Source: Mobula hypostoma
Lineage: Eukaryota
Direction of reading: 5' to 3'
Length of the DNA: 64,000 nucleotides
NCBI RefSeq assembly: GCF_963921235.1
Contig: NC_086097.1
Span: 134,666,001-134,730,000 of the forward strand
The notes beneath the pieces were generated by a model. It saw nothing but the letters and a program-made list of their open reading frames with translations. It did no database searches and was not told the origin of the DNA. Both the position numbers and the translations under genes were made by a program. This document shows, piece by piece, positions 27,229 to 40,050 of this stretch (position 1 is its first letter; each line of letters begins with the position of its first letter).

Positions 27229-27837
27229 GTAGTAACTATCACTGTAATATTGTAATGAATAACATCATAAGCACTTAAGACTGACAAGAAATAACAATTA
27301 CTAGAAGTAGAGAGAGAGAACGACATAGGAGATGAGTGCTATCATTCATAGGATGCATAAGACTTTTGAATTTAATAATAACATGAGATCTCATTCATAA
27401 TGTATGGTTGTCCAGAAGTCAAGTATTTGTAACCCAGGGACACACTACAGATGGAAATGGCTAAGGAACACAGGCAATGAGTTGATAAGGATGTGGCAGG
27501 TATAGTTCAATATGGTATTTGGACAGAATCTCACTAGAAAGAAAAATTTAAAATTTTCTCAATAAAGAGAAAAGAGCTGTGCAGGAGCAGAGGGATTTCA
27601 ATAAAAAGAAAGGTACATGAAACGTAATCGAAGAGGTAACAGAATGAATATCTCAAAAGATTGGAGAACAAAAGGGAAGAATACTTCAGTAGTACTTAGT
27701 ATATTTCGTCAGATACCTTAAGAGTTACTATGTTCTGCTTCAGACATTGTATCTCATGCTTTTAAGAGTGCATGTCAAATACATTAGACAGAAGTTAGGG
27801 CTTAATGGATAAGCTGATAAAGGCAGTTTGCTTGAAA

Positions 27838-28725
27838 ATGTCTTCTATAAATTTGCTGATGATGCAACTATTGTTGGCAAAATCTCAGATGGAGGCAAGA
27901 GAGTGTACAGGAGCAAGATATACCAGCTAGTTGAGTGGTGTCGCAGCAACAACTTTGTACTCAACATTACAACCCAACAGCTGATTGTGGACTTCAGAAA
28001 GGTTAGGACGAGGGAATATGAACCAATGCTCAAAGGGATGAGAAGTGAAAAGAGTGAGCAAGATCTCTGAGGATCTAATCTGGTCCTAACATATCGATGC
28101 AGTTATAAAAAAGACAAGATAGTGACTATATTTCATTCGGAGTTTGAGAAGATTTGGTTTGTCACCCAAAACACTCAAAAACTTTACAGGTGTACAGTGG
28201 AGAGCGTTCTGACATGCTGTATTACTGTCTAGAATGGGAGGTGGGGGGGGGGGGGAAGAGAGGGCTACTGCACAGGATCAAAAGCTACAGAAAGCTGTAA
28301 AATTAATCAGCTCCATCTTGGATACCATCTTAAGCAGTATCCAAGACATCTTCAAGGAGCGGTGCCTTGGGAAGGCATCGTCCATCATTAAGGATCCCCA
28401 CCACCCAGGTCATGCCCTCTTCTCATTGTTACTGTCAGGAAGGAGGTACAGAAGCCTGAAGACACACACTCAGCAATTCAGGAACAGCTTCTTCCCCTCT
28501 GCCATGCAATTCCTAAATGGATGTTGAACCCAAGAACATTAATCCACCTTTACTTATTATTTCTGTTTTTGCTCTTTTTTAAATTTAACTACTTAATATA
28601 CATATATACTTACAGTAATTGATTTATTTTTTTCCCTATATTATCATGTGTTGCATGGTACTGCTGCTGCCAAGTTAACAAATTTCACAACTTGTCAGTG
28701 ATATTAAACCTGATTCTGATTTTGA
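27838..28725 (+). mobile_element. Rex1/Babar-like LINE, RT end to 3' tail
   Basis: YKFADDATIVGKIS...; ASSIIKDPHHPGHALFSLLLSGRRYRSL; tail ctgattctgatt. Confidence 0.9.
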
Positions 28726-29716
28726 AATAGCTTGCATTCCCTTATGTTTAGAAAGGTAATGAGAAATAAAACTGTGTTGAAAATGAGTAACTGTTTTAAA
28801 AAAGTAGTTCATTGATACGATAATCAATGGGACAAGAGCAAACTGGCTCAGTCAAAATGAGGATCACAGAGAAGTCCTTAAGCCTCATTTCACACATTTG
28901 AACTTTTCCTTCGATCAGTGAGTCTTCTATTTCCTTCTCTTGCATATTTACATCCAAGTTCCCCTTAAAATGCACCTACACATTTCGCCTCTACAAGTAT
29001 GAGAGGGAGTGCCACATTCTACTCACTCACTTGGTGCAAAACGTTCTCCTGAATTCCCTTTTAGAAAAGGAGAAGCCTGCTTGACTGCCAAAGTAAAACA
29101 GAACTCAATTATGGTCAAGCCAAACAGGAGGACATTTAGTTTCTTTGGTACCCAGTCACTGCCAAGATTCTGTCAGGTATCCTACAAGGCACAGCACTGG
29201 AGGGCTCCCCAAATGATCCAAATTTGAAAACCTAATGGCAAATATGCTTCTTTCTTTTGTCCCTCTCTGCCAGTCAAACTCATCAGCTCTTTGTCCCGAA
29301 GTCCAGGCAACATCTCAACCCCTTTCCACCAGCAAATTATCCCAGTGCCTTGCTGATTACACCAAACAATCAAAGGGCAGTGATCCTTTGCCCAGAGTCT
29401 TCATGATGCTTGCTAAGTGACCTCATGTCCTTGGAAACAAGCCATACCCCCAGACCAAGCAGCATGATAAGACACTTCATTAGACTTCAAGTTCAAGCTA
29501 GGTAGCTGGGTTCCAAAAAAAATTCCAAACCTATTGCAGGACCAGACCAACATCATGGCCTCAACAGCCCTCAGCAGCCCTCAGCAAGCTTTTTCCTCAA
29601 GTCCGAAGCACTGATACCCATTGGGTTAATGGAGGCTGCCACATTTCCTGATACAAGTATAAAACTACTCCATGGACTGTTAACCCATTTATGGTTTAAG
29701 CCAGGGTCATCTAAAG

Positions 29717-29942
29717 CAGTGGTCCCCAACCACCGGGCCGCAAAGCATGTGGAAATGATATGATTTGGCAATATGAAATGGTACGACTCAGCTGCACCTT
29801 TCCTCATTCCCTGTCACGCACTGTTGAACTTGAACACCTCATCCCCCACCCCCAGCCCCACCCCCCCCCAGTCAGCCAGTCCGCAAGAATATTGTCAATA
29901 TTAAACAGGTCTGCGGTGCAAAAAAAGGGTTGGGGACCCCTG
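29717..29942. mobile_element. hAT (Charlie-like) MITE, 226 bp
   Basis: TIRs cagtggtccccaacc and ggttggggacccctg (14/15); 8-bp TSD atctaaag (29709-29716) and atctcaag (29943-29950). Confidence 0.9.
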
Positions 29943-30102
29943 ATCTCAAGCACCAATGACTTTAAATGCCCATGAATATTACTTTTTTTTTTGCAATGTT
30001 TACTGAGGGAGGAATCTCAATCTAGTTTCTCTTTATCAACTACCAGAGCAATTATATGTTATGATCTGACAGCTGCCCCTCAATTCACAGTACTCCACCA
30101 CG

Positions 30103-30310
30103 CCAAAGCAAAATAATGCATATGCTAGGAATCAGAAGTGAAAACAGAAAATGCTAGAAGTCTTCAGCAGATCAGGCAGCACCTGTGCAAAGAGATACAG
30201 AGTTAATATTTCAGAACAATGACCTTCCATAAGAAAAGTTTTGAAACATGAACTCCACTCCATCCCCACAGATGTAATCTAAATGACCGAATATTTCATA
30301 GATTTTGTGT
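30103..30310. mobile_element. Old Penelope-type terminal or hairpin remnant
   Basis: atatgctaggaatcagaagtgaaaacagaaaatgctagaagtcttcagcagatcaggcagcacctgtg with a decayed inverted arm (ccacagatg). Confidence 0.55.
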
Positions 30311-30397
30311 AATCTTAGTAGTACTCTATTCCCATTTAAATGCTCCCAGTGCTTCAGCTGTACAAAGCAGTGCTGTGGTTCCATTTGGAACATTTTG

Positions 30398-30890
30398 ATC
30401 ACCCTACTAGAGAAAACATGACATTAAGCTGCAAAGGGTACAGGAAAGATTTGAAGATGTTGTTAGGACTTAAAAGACTAAGCCATGGGATAAGTATGAA
30501 CAGGCGAGGAGAATGAGGAATGACCTTAACAGAAATGTATAAAATCAAGAAGGACAAAGACAGGCACAATGCATAGTCTTTTTCCCATGGCTGGAAATCA
30601 AGAACCCAGAGGGCAACTTTAAGGTGAGAGGAGATACTTAATAGGAACTGCAGGGGCAACTTTTTCATTCAAAGCATTGCCCATCAATGGAATGAACTGC
30701 CAGAGAAAGTAAATGAAGTTGGTACATTACCATTTTAGAAGGACTTGAACTGGTACATACCGTAGATAGGAAAGATTTAGAGTATTATGGACCAAATATA
30801 GGCAAATGGGATTAGTTAGATGGACATCTAGGCTGGAAGGCACAAGTTGGGCTGAAGTGTCTGTTTCCATGCTGTAAGACAATGACATAG
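30398..30890 (+). mobile_element. CR1 LINE 3' fragment
   Basis: Degenerate RK.F..ML.GL / W N.LP motifs and 3' UTR gttgggctgaagtgtctgtttccatgctgta. Confidence 0.75.
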
Positions 30891-31499
30891 TAGGTCATAC
30901 TCTTGTCAAGAATTCACATATTTTTGCATTTAAAAGTCTGGACTGTCACACCATCAAATACTTTTGGTGTGTTGTGTTATCAGAGGTATCACCTTATACC
31001 GAAAGCCCGCCTGCTGTCATGTGCCAGGTATATCCCATGATATTCCTTCCATGAAGAGGCAGGTGGTTCTGTCATCCAACATCACAAAAATACAAAGTTG
31101 CTTGAGGGAGTTTCAAAATATCTTTAACTACTTGTAACATTCTTTGGCATATGTATGAATTTCTGCAAGCTGTAGTCAAAGTAGCTGTAGTCAAACTGTT
31201 TGTGTCATGGTCTGGTAAGCTGTAGTCAAACTGTTTGTGTCATGGTCTGGTGCAGCAACGCAAATGCACAGAGGTAGTGGATTCTTTCCAATGCATCACG
31301 GACACAACCATTCTCAACAATGATAGTATCGAAAGGAGGTGCTGGCTCAAGAAGATGACATTTACCAAAGATTCTCCACCATCCATCTTGGTTATTGCCC
31401 AAGGAATTATAAACATAGTTACTGAAACTTGATAATATATTAGGCATCATGCCATCTTCTCACAGCTACCATGGAACACGAGATATTAAAGAGTGAAGT

Positions 31500-34480
31500 C
31501 GGAATCAGAATCAAGTTTATTATCACCGGCATATGACGTGAAATTTGTTAAATTAGCAGCAGCAGTTCGATGTAATACATAATCTAGCAGGGGGGAAAAT
31601 AAACAATAAATAAAATTTAAAACAATAATAAACAAGTAAATCAATTACATATAATTGAATAGATTTAAAACTGTGCAAAAACAGAAATACTGTATATTTT
31701 TAAAAAGTGCGGTAGTGTCCAATGATTCAATGTCAATTCAGGAATAGGATGGCAGAGGTGAAGGAGCTGTTCCTGAATCGCTGAGTGTGTGCCTTCAGGC
31801 TTCTGTATCTCCTACCTGATGGTAACAGTGAGAAAAACACGTGTCCTGGGTGCTGGAGATACCTAATAATGGACGCTGCCTTTTTGAGACACTGCTCCTT
31901 GAAGATGTCCTGAGTACTTTGTAGACTAGTACCCAAGATGGAGCTGACCGGATTTCCAACCTTCTGCAGCTTCTTTTGGTCCTGTGCAGAAGCCCCTCCA
32001 TACCTGACAGTGATGCAGCCTGTCAGAATGCTCTCCACAGTACACCTATAGAAGTTTTTGAGTGTATTTGTTGACATGCCAAATCACATCAACCTCCTAA
32101 TAAAGTATAGCCACTGTCTTGCCTTCTTTATAACTACATCGATATGTTGGGACCAGGTTAGATCCTCAAAGATCCTGACACCCAGGAACTTGAAGCTGCT
32201 CACTCTCTCCACTTCTGATCCCTCTATGAAGATTGGTATGTGTTCCTTCGTCTTACCCTTCCTGAAGTCCACAATCAGCTCTTTCATCTTACTGACGTTG
32301 AGTGCCAGGATTGTTGTTGCAGTGCCAGTCCACTAGTTGGCATATCTCACTCCTATACACCCTCTCGTCACCACTTGAGATTCTACCTACAACGGTTGTA
32401 TCATCAACAAATTTATAGATGGCACTTGAGTTATGCCTAGCCACACAGTCATGTGTATACAGAGAGCAGTGGGCTAAGCACAAACCCATGAGGTGCGCCA
32501 GTGTTGATTGTCAGCGAGGAGGATATGTCATCACCAATCCACACAGATTGCGGTCTTCCATTTAGGAGGTTGAGCATCCAATTGATGACAGAGGTACAGA
32601 GGCCCAGGCTTTGCAACTTCTCAGTCAGAATTGTGGGAGTGATGGTATTAAATGCTGAGCTATAGTTGATGAACAGCATCCTGATGTGGGTGTTTGTGTT
32701 GTCCAGGTGGTCTAAAGCCGTGTGGAGAGCCTTCAAGGATTGCATCTGCCATTGTGGCAACAGGCAAATTGCAATGGGTCCAGGTCCTTGCTGAGGCAGG
32801 AGTTCAGTCTAGTCATGATAAACTTCTCAAAGCATTTCATTGCTGTCGATGTGAGTGCTACCGGGCAATAGTCATTAAGGCAGCCCACATTATTCTTCTT
32901 AGGCTCTGGTATAATTGTTGCCTTTTTGAAGCAAATGGGAACTTCTGCCCATAGCAGTGAGAGGTTGAAAATGTCCTCGAATACTCCCGCTAGTTGGCTG
33001 GCACAGGTTTTCAGAGCCTTACCAGGTACTTCATCGGGACCTTCCACCTTGCAAGAGTTCAATCTCTTTAAAGACAGTCTAACATTGGCACATGAGACAA
33101 GATCACAGGGTCATCAGGTGCAGCAAGGATCTTCACAGCTGTTGTTGTGTTCTCCCTTTCAAAGCGTGTATAGAAGGCATTAAGTTCAGCTGGTAGTGAA
33201 GCATCGCTACTATTCATGCTATTAGGTTTCGCTTTGTAGGAATTAGTGTCTTGCAGACCCTGCCAGAGTTGCCATGCATCTGATGTCGCCTCCAACCTCG
33301 TTCGAAATTGTGTCTTCACCCTTGAAATAGCCCTCCGCAAATCATACCTAGCTTTCTGGTGCAGACCTGGGTTGCCAGACTTGAATGCCACAGATCTAGC
33401 CTTCAGCAGACAATGTACCTCCTGGTTCATCCACGGCTTTTGTTTTTGGAATGTACAGCAAGTCTTTGTGGGCACACTCTCATCCACACAGGTTTTAATG
33501 AAGTCGGTAACAACTGCAGCATACTCATCCAGGTTCAAAGATGAATCCCTGAATGCAGTCCAGTCCACTGATTCAAAGCAGACCTGCAGGCGCTCCTGTG
33601 CTTCCCTTGTCCAAATAGCATGGAAGACATTCTTGATGGTCCAGTGTGTTGTTTCCTCTGCTATTGCAAGTTATCTGTTGATGGTAATTGTTTAGTGATT
33701 TTTTTCAGGTTGGCCTGGTTAAAATCTCCCAAAACGATGGTGAAGGCCTTAGGGTGCGCTGTTTCATGCATGTTGATCCCATTACTCAGATCATCTAAAG
33801 CCTGCTTGACATTGGCCTGAGGTGGAATGTAATCTGCTACCAAAATGACCCCAGAGAACTCCCGTGGTAAGTATAAAGGACGGTACTTTACTGCTTGATA
33901 TTCCAGGCCTGGTGAGTAGCATCATTGGGACAGCACTGATATACTTGTGCACCAAGAAGAGTTGATCATGAGGCGTACTCCTCCACCTCTGCTTTTGAGA
34001 GACTCTATAGATCTATCCTGACAGTGTATAGTAAACCCGTCGATCTGAATCACTGCATTCGGTAGAGAAGGGGCTCACCAGGATTCCGTGAAACGAAGGA
34101 CACACGCAGTCCTAATGTCCCTCTAATTCAGCACCCTGGCTCTAAGATCATCGATTTTATTCACCAGAGACTGCATGCTCGCCAGCAAGATAGTCAGTAA
34201 GGGGAGTTTAAAACCCCATTTCCTAAAGAGCAATTGTAATCCTGATCTACGCCCGCGCTTCCTCTGAAGTGTCCTCCATGGGCAATTCTGACAACAATCA
34301 GTGTTGTTCCCATCAGTTTTAAGCAGCGATAGTTTGTTTAAATGCATTAGGACATCTTTGTTGACTGGACTGACCTTGGAAGCAGTTGTGCTTTTTAGCT
34401 GTATCAAGCTGAAACAGGAATATTTAATCGTATCCATTGAGAGTACTGCTGCTACTTGAGTCACTCCTGGTGCTCCTACA
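31500..34480 (-). mobile_element. Rex1/Babar-like LINE, about 3 kb, spanning ORF start, APE endonuclease, RT and 3' tail (disrupted)
   Basis: KRGRRSG...[91 protein letters not shown]; (aatcag)n tail. Confidence 0.92.
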
Positions 34481-34536
34481 TGAACAGCTACTCCCTTCAT
34501 TCATTCAGTTCATGAACCAACCAGCACAACCATAAT

Positions 34537-34673
34537 AAGCCAAAGGGTCTCAGCCCAAAACGTCAACTGAACTCTTTTCCATAGATGCTACCTGGTCTGC
34601 TGGGTTCCTTCAGCATTTTGTGTGTGTTGCTTAGATTTCTAGCACCTGCAGATATTCTCTTGATTGAGATACG
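34537..34673 (+). mobile_element. Short Penelope terminal-repeat insertion with 11-bp TSD
   Basis: aagggtctcagcccaaaacgtc...cagcattttgtgtgtgttgc; acaaccataat at 34526-34536 and 34674-34684. Confidence 0.75.
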
Positions 34674-36184
34674 ACAACCATAATCACTGCAGTTTAGCAA
34701 CACTATGATCATTTTGCACTAAAATGGACTTTGATTTCTTTTGGTTTCAACTGTGTTCTTTCTTGTAAAAATTAAGTACAATTTATGTTTTCCTTCTGAA
34801 TTCTGCTCATATGATGCTACGTGCCTGTGATGCTGTTGAAACAAGTTTTTTCATTTCATCTGTGCATATGACAATAAACTTGAACTTTGATTAAGCTACA
34901 CAAAAGATAATTAAATATTTTAATTTAATCATAGACACCAAGTACTTGGAGGTTATCCTTATAACCGTCTGATTAAGGCTGAGAGGATAAAGCAAAAAAA
35001 TTGACCATTTTTCTATTAAGAATTTCAAATTTCCATCCTGAATTTGTGTTTTATTAGTTTGCAGCTGTTTCCCCTTCCTCCACCGCAAATTATGTTTTTA
35101 CTACCACATTTTCATTTTAAGATCATCACTCAGAAGTCATGATTCTCTGAGCTTTCATTAGCTCAGACCCCTGACATAAGACATGAGCCTTGCAACTTTT
35201 CCTGAACCGAATTGAATACCTATGTCAGAGAGCAGAAGCTGACATGGCAGTTATGTAGCTTGACCAATAGAATAAACAATTTTTCTGAAAACTTTCTCTA
35301 AGTTGCATTCCATATTTTTTGTTTGCATGATTTTGAACTACAGAAATAATGTTCACTGTTACTCTTCATTAACAAGTCATACTGAGTATTGCCTAATAAC
35401 CTAGATCTCTTTCAATTTCATCTTTAGTTACCACAACTGCACTCAGAGCATTTGTGTTATCCATTTTTAATTCTTATATGTGGTACTTAACATTTGGCCT
35501 GATTAAGTTTTGTCTGCCATTATTCTGGCCATTTACATATTTTGTTCGACTTACTTAACAGTTCTCGAGCTGGCTCAAAATCAACGGGCCGTCTGTCATT
35601 TCAAATTTATTGACTTGCCTTGAGCGACTGGCTCCTAAATTCAAAGCACTACGATTTTAATGCCATTGCTTGTTCATCCTGTTCAGTACTCCTCTTCTCC
35701 CTACCTCATTCTCGCTGTAGTTTAACCCCTAAAATGCACCTGGTACTTTTTCATACTCCAATCAATTTCTTATACCTATTTCTCTTAGAACTTCTTAGTA
35801 TAAGAGGCCAATCAGTACATCAAGTATATGTCAACATTCAGAACATTTCCACCAGTCTCATTTCCCACCTCTCATTTCTCAGTAATCTATTCTCTCTCAC
35901 ATGCTGATCAACTCAATGCGCTCACCTCATCCTCCCACTTACCTACATTACAGGTAAATTATGGCTTTCAGTTAACCTACCAGCGCATGTTAGGGCTGTG
36001 AATGGAAAATGGAACACATGGGGTCACAGAGCATATTTCCTCACCTGCACAGCCAAGTCAGTTTTTTTTTCCCCTTTCGCTCTCCTGACAGTCACCCATC
36101 TGCTTGCCTCCTGCTCCTCAGGTGTGGCTACCTCCCTGTAGCTCTCATCTATAGCCTCCTTTTTCTCTCATATGAGCTGTAGGT

Positions 36185-37705
36185 CATCCAGTTGTAGCTC
36201 AGTTTGGATCGGCAACATCTCCTTCACAATCACCATCAGTGCAGGTGCACCACATAGCTGCGTGCTTAGCCCCTGCTCTACTTACTTTACAGTTATGACT
36301 GTATCAAATGTGGTGATCAATCAGCATATAGGAGGGAGATTAAACATCTGGCTGAGCGGTGTCACAGTAAAAACCTCTCACTCAATGTCAGCAAGAAAAA
36401 GAAGCTGAATATTGACTTCACGAGGAGGAAAAGGGGAGTCCATTAGCCAGTCCTCATTGGGCGTTCAGAGGTGGAGAGGGTCAGCGTTTAAATTCCTCAG
36501 TGTTATAATTTCAAAAGGATCTATCTTGGGTCCAGCACGCAAGTCCCATTACAAAGAAAGCACTGCAGCACCTCTGTTTTCCTGCGGGTATACTCAGTAA
36601 GTCCAAGAACCTTAATGGAATCAGTGTGGTCTTTCATTGATTCAATTATGATTCTTGGACTTACTGACTATGCCTGCAAGAAAACTAATCTCAGTCTTGT
36701 GTGTGGTGACATACTATGTATGTACTTCGGTAATAAATTTACTTTGAACGTTTGTTTTAGAAGTTTGTGAAGATCTGGCATGTCATCTAAAACCTTGAAA
36801 AACTTCTATAAATATGTGCTGGAGAGTACAATAAATTGACTAGTTGCATCAAAGGTTCAAATATCATCAAAGTATGTAGGAAATATGCGACACCGAGGTT
36901 TTTCTTCTCCAGGTAGCAACGAAACAAAGAAAAATTATGGGAGTAAGGTCAAAGAGAAACAGCAAACTTACCCCCCCATACAAAAAAAAGAATGACAACG
37001 CGATCACCAACCCTGCCAAACCCCCTTCCTCAGGACGAAATGCAACAAGAACATCAGCCCCCAAACCCCCGCCCCTGCACAAAAAAACTAAAATCCACAA
37101 GAACATTGACACCCAAATCCCCCTTCCCCACACAAAATTGCAACAACATCAGCCCCCGAATCCCCCTCCATCATCAAGGACCCTCACCATGCAGGCCATG
37201 CTCTCTTCTCGCTGCTGCCATCAGAAAGGTGGTGCAGGAGCCTCAGGACCCATACTTCTAGGTCAGGAACAGTTATTACCCTCAACCATCAGGCTCTTAA
37301 ACCAAAGGGGATAATTTCAATCAACTTACTTGCCCCATCACTGAACTGATCCAACAACCTATAGACTCACTTTCAAGGATTCTTCATCTCATGTTTTCAA
37401 TATTTATTTATTTTTTATTATTATTAATTTCCTTTTTGTATTTGCACATTGGTTTCAAGTGGTCTTTCACTGATCCTATTTCATTGATTCTTTTCGGTTT
37501 CTTGTATTTACTGTGAATGCCCACAAGAAAATTAATCTCAAGGTTGCACATGGAGACATATATAACTTTGATAATAAAATTAATTTGAATTTTGATTCAC
37601 TTCTCCCTTGTGCTCTTTGTGCTGTCAGATGAGTGCAAAATGCTCTAACTCCTTCTGCAAATTTGTAGATGACACCCCTGTAATAGGCCAAATCTCAAAT
37701 AACAA
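36185..37705 (+). mobile_element. Cluster of nested Rex1/Babar fragments, with a minus-strand LINE tail at about 36850-37170
   Basis: TITISAGAPHSCVLSP, aacttctataaatatgtgctggagagt, ccatcatcaaggaccctcaccat, and two ...aataaa..ttgaa tails. Confidence 0.8.
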
Positions 37706-38269
37706 CCTATAAAAGCCCAGTGTGCTTCCTGGGAGCAGCTGAAAGAATAATCGTCACATATAACGAAAGCCAGGCTGCTGTCTATTCAAAGCGTACATAT
37801 ACCGCTGATGACTGCAAATACTCTTTTGGACAGCAGTCGTATTTCCTCAGCAAATAAAGTCATTAATCTGCCAAAATACAAATCAAAGAGGGCAGGAAAA
37901 AACGAGCTCTAGATCATTGGAAGAAAAGGCAGTATTTTGCAGATAGAGAAGCAATAACTCAATCTCCTAGTGTCTTCCTATTTTTGGGCAGCTTTCCAAC
38001 AGCTTTGAGGTCAGCTTTACCAAGGCCAGTATGCTGAACATGATACCATCAGTACAGGAGGCTTACATTAAACAAACTAACTGATTTTTTTTTTTAAACA
38101 ACTACTTAACTTACAAGAGGTTGGGACTGAATCAGCTAAAATAATTAATTTAAATATATTTATCTAATACCTGACTATATTTATACACTGGAATAAAAAA
38201 CACAAACATTTTCTAACCCATATTAAGACTCATTCATACATTTTGCCTTTTCTGCTTATTCTGGCAAGA

Positions 38270-38490
38270 TTGATTTTAAAATTCCTGGCCTTCTTTTCAA
38301 ACCCCTCTCTCCTCTCTTCCTTCAGCCCTCAGATCTGTGTATTATGCCAGTTCTGGCCTCTTGATCACCTCCATTTTTAATCCCAACATCACTGGTGTCC
38401 ATTTATCAGGTTTAAATTTTCATCCACTACTAATCTGTTCTTCAGTGGCAGCACGTCCATTGATATCCCCAAGCTTACAATCCAAAAACA
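38270..38490 (+). mobile_element. Old L2 LINE 3' fragment
   Basis: ttgattttaaaattcctggccttcttttcaaaccc (DFKIL.L.FK)...ttctggcctcttg. Confidence 0.55.
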
Positions 38491-38577
38491 ATTCTCCAAT
38501 ACATCTTCTCCTCCAACCACACATCGTGCATTACAATATTCTTTTTCAAAACAGAGAAAAATGAGGACATGGAAGTT

Positions 38578-40050
38578 GCAAATACGAGAAAATCTACAGA
38601 TGCTGGAAATCCAAAGCATAACACAGAAAATACTGGAGGAACTTAGCAGGTCAGGTAGTATCTATGGAAAAGAGTAGACAGTCAACATTTCAGGCTGAAA
38701 CCATTCTTCAGTACTGGAAATGAAGGGGCTAGATGCCTAAGTAAAAAAGTGAGTGGGGGGAAGAGGCTACCTGGAAGGAGGCTGGTGAAGCCAAGTTTTG
38801 CGGGGAGGGGGATGTCAAGGGCTGGAGAAGAAGGTATCTGATAGGATAGGAGAGGAGAGTGGGCAATAGGAGAAAGGGAAGGAGGAGGGGGACACAGGGG
38901 GAAGTAATAGGCAAGTGAGAAGAAGTGAAAGGAAGTGAGAAGAAGTGGGGAATGGGGAGAGTTTGTTCACCGGAAGGTGAAATCGATATCCATGCCATCA
39001 AGTTGGAGGTTAACCAGTTGGAATATAAGTTGTTGCTCCACCACCCTGAGGGTGGCCAGATCATGGCACAAGATGTCAGTATAGAACTGGACACAATAGA
39101 CGACCCCAGATGTAAATACAGCTCTGCATTTATAGGTCCTGTACAAGCAGCACACTCCCCTGGAAATGAAGCAACTGAGAACTAGGCCATGCGCTTCTGA
39201 TGAAAATTGAACAGATGTTAGTGCAAACTGTTTAAATGAAATGCACCTTGCCCAGCAGGCTACCATAATTGTTTTATCATGCTTGCCGATGATTCCTGAG
39301 GGTGGCCTCATCTTTGCACAAGGAGGCCACGGATCGACACATCAGAACGAGAATCAGAATTAAAATGTTTGGCCACTGGGAAGTCACACTTGTTGGCGGA
39401 TGGTGCTTGGCGAAGCGGTTCCCCCAATTTACAATGGGTCTCACCCATCTAGAGGAGGCTGCATTGGGAGCACTGGACACAAAAGACAACCCCTGCAGAT
39501 TCTCAGGTGAAATGTTGCCTAACCTGGAAAGACTATTTGGGGCCCTGAATGGAGGTGAGGGAGGAGGTGTATGGGCAGATGTAGCACTTAGGCCACTTGC
39601 AGGGATAAGTGCCTGGAGGGAGTTTAGTGGGAAGGGACAAATGGACAAGGGAATCGCGGAGGGAGCAATCCCTGCAGAAAGCGGGGGGAGGGGGAGTTAA
39701 AGACATATTTAGTGGTAGGATCCCTTTTGGAGATGGCAGAAGTTGTGGAGGATGATGTGTTGGATGCAGAGGCTCATGGGATAGTAGGCAAGGACAAGAG
39801 GAACTCTATCACTATTATGGCAGCGGGAAGATGGGGTGTGCGCAGATGTACGGGAAATGAAGGAGATGTGGGTACGGGCAGCATCAATAGTAGAGGGAGG
39901 GAAACCCCATTCTTTGAAGGAAGAGGATATCACTGATGTGTTGGAATGGAAAGCCGCATCTTAGGAACAGATGAGGCCGAGCCAAGAAACTGAGAAAAGG
40001 GAATAGCATTTTTTTTTTCCTTTTTTATATATACAGGAGATAGGGTGGAA
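38578..40050 (-). mobile_element. Penelope-like element (RT C-terminus and GIY-YIG), partially tandem-duplicated
   Basis: SFKEWGFPPSTIDAA...DRVPLVL.Y.P.SL.IQHII and LRVVEQQLIFQL..LQ.DGMDIDF; terminal repeat at 38580-38720. Confidence 0.88.

Noticed and set aside
36937..37314. 125-aa Pro/Lys-rich ORF and repeated acatcagccccc..a.cccc units
   Set aside because: It spans low-complexity repeats in a LINE 3' UTR and runs into a Rex/Babar fragment, so it is not a gene.
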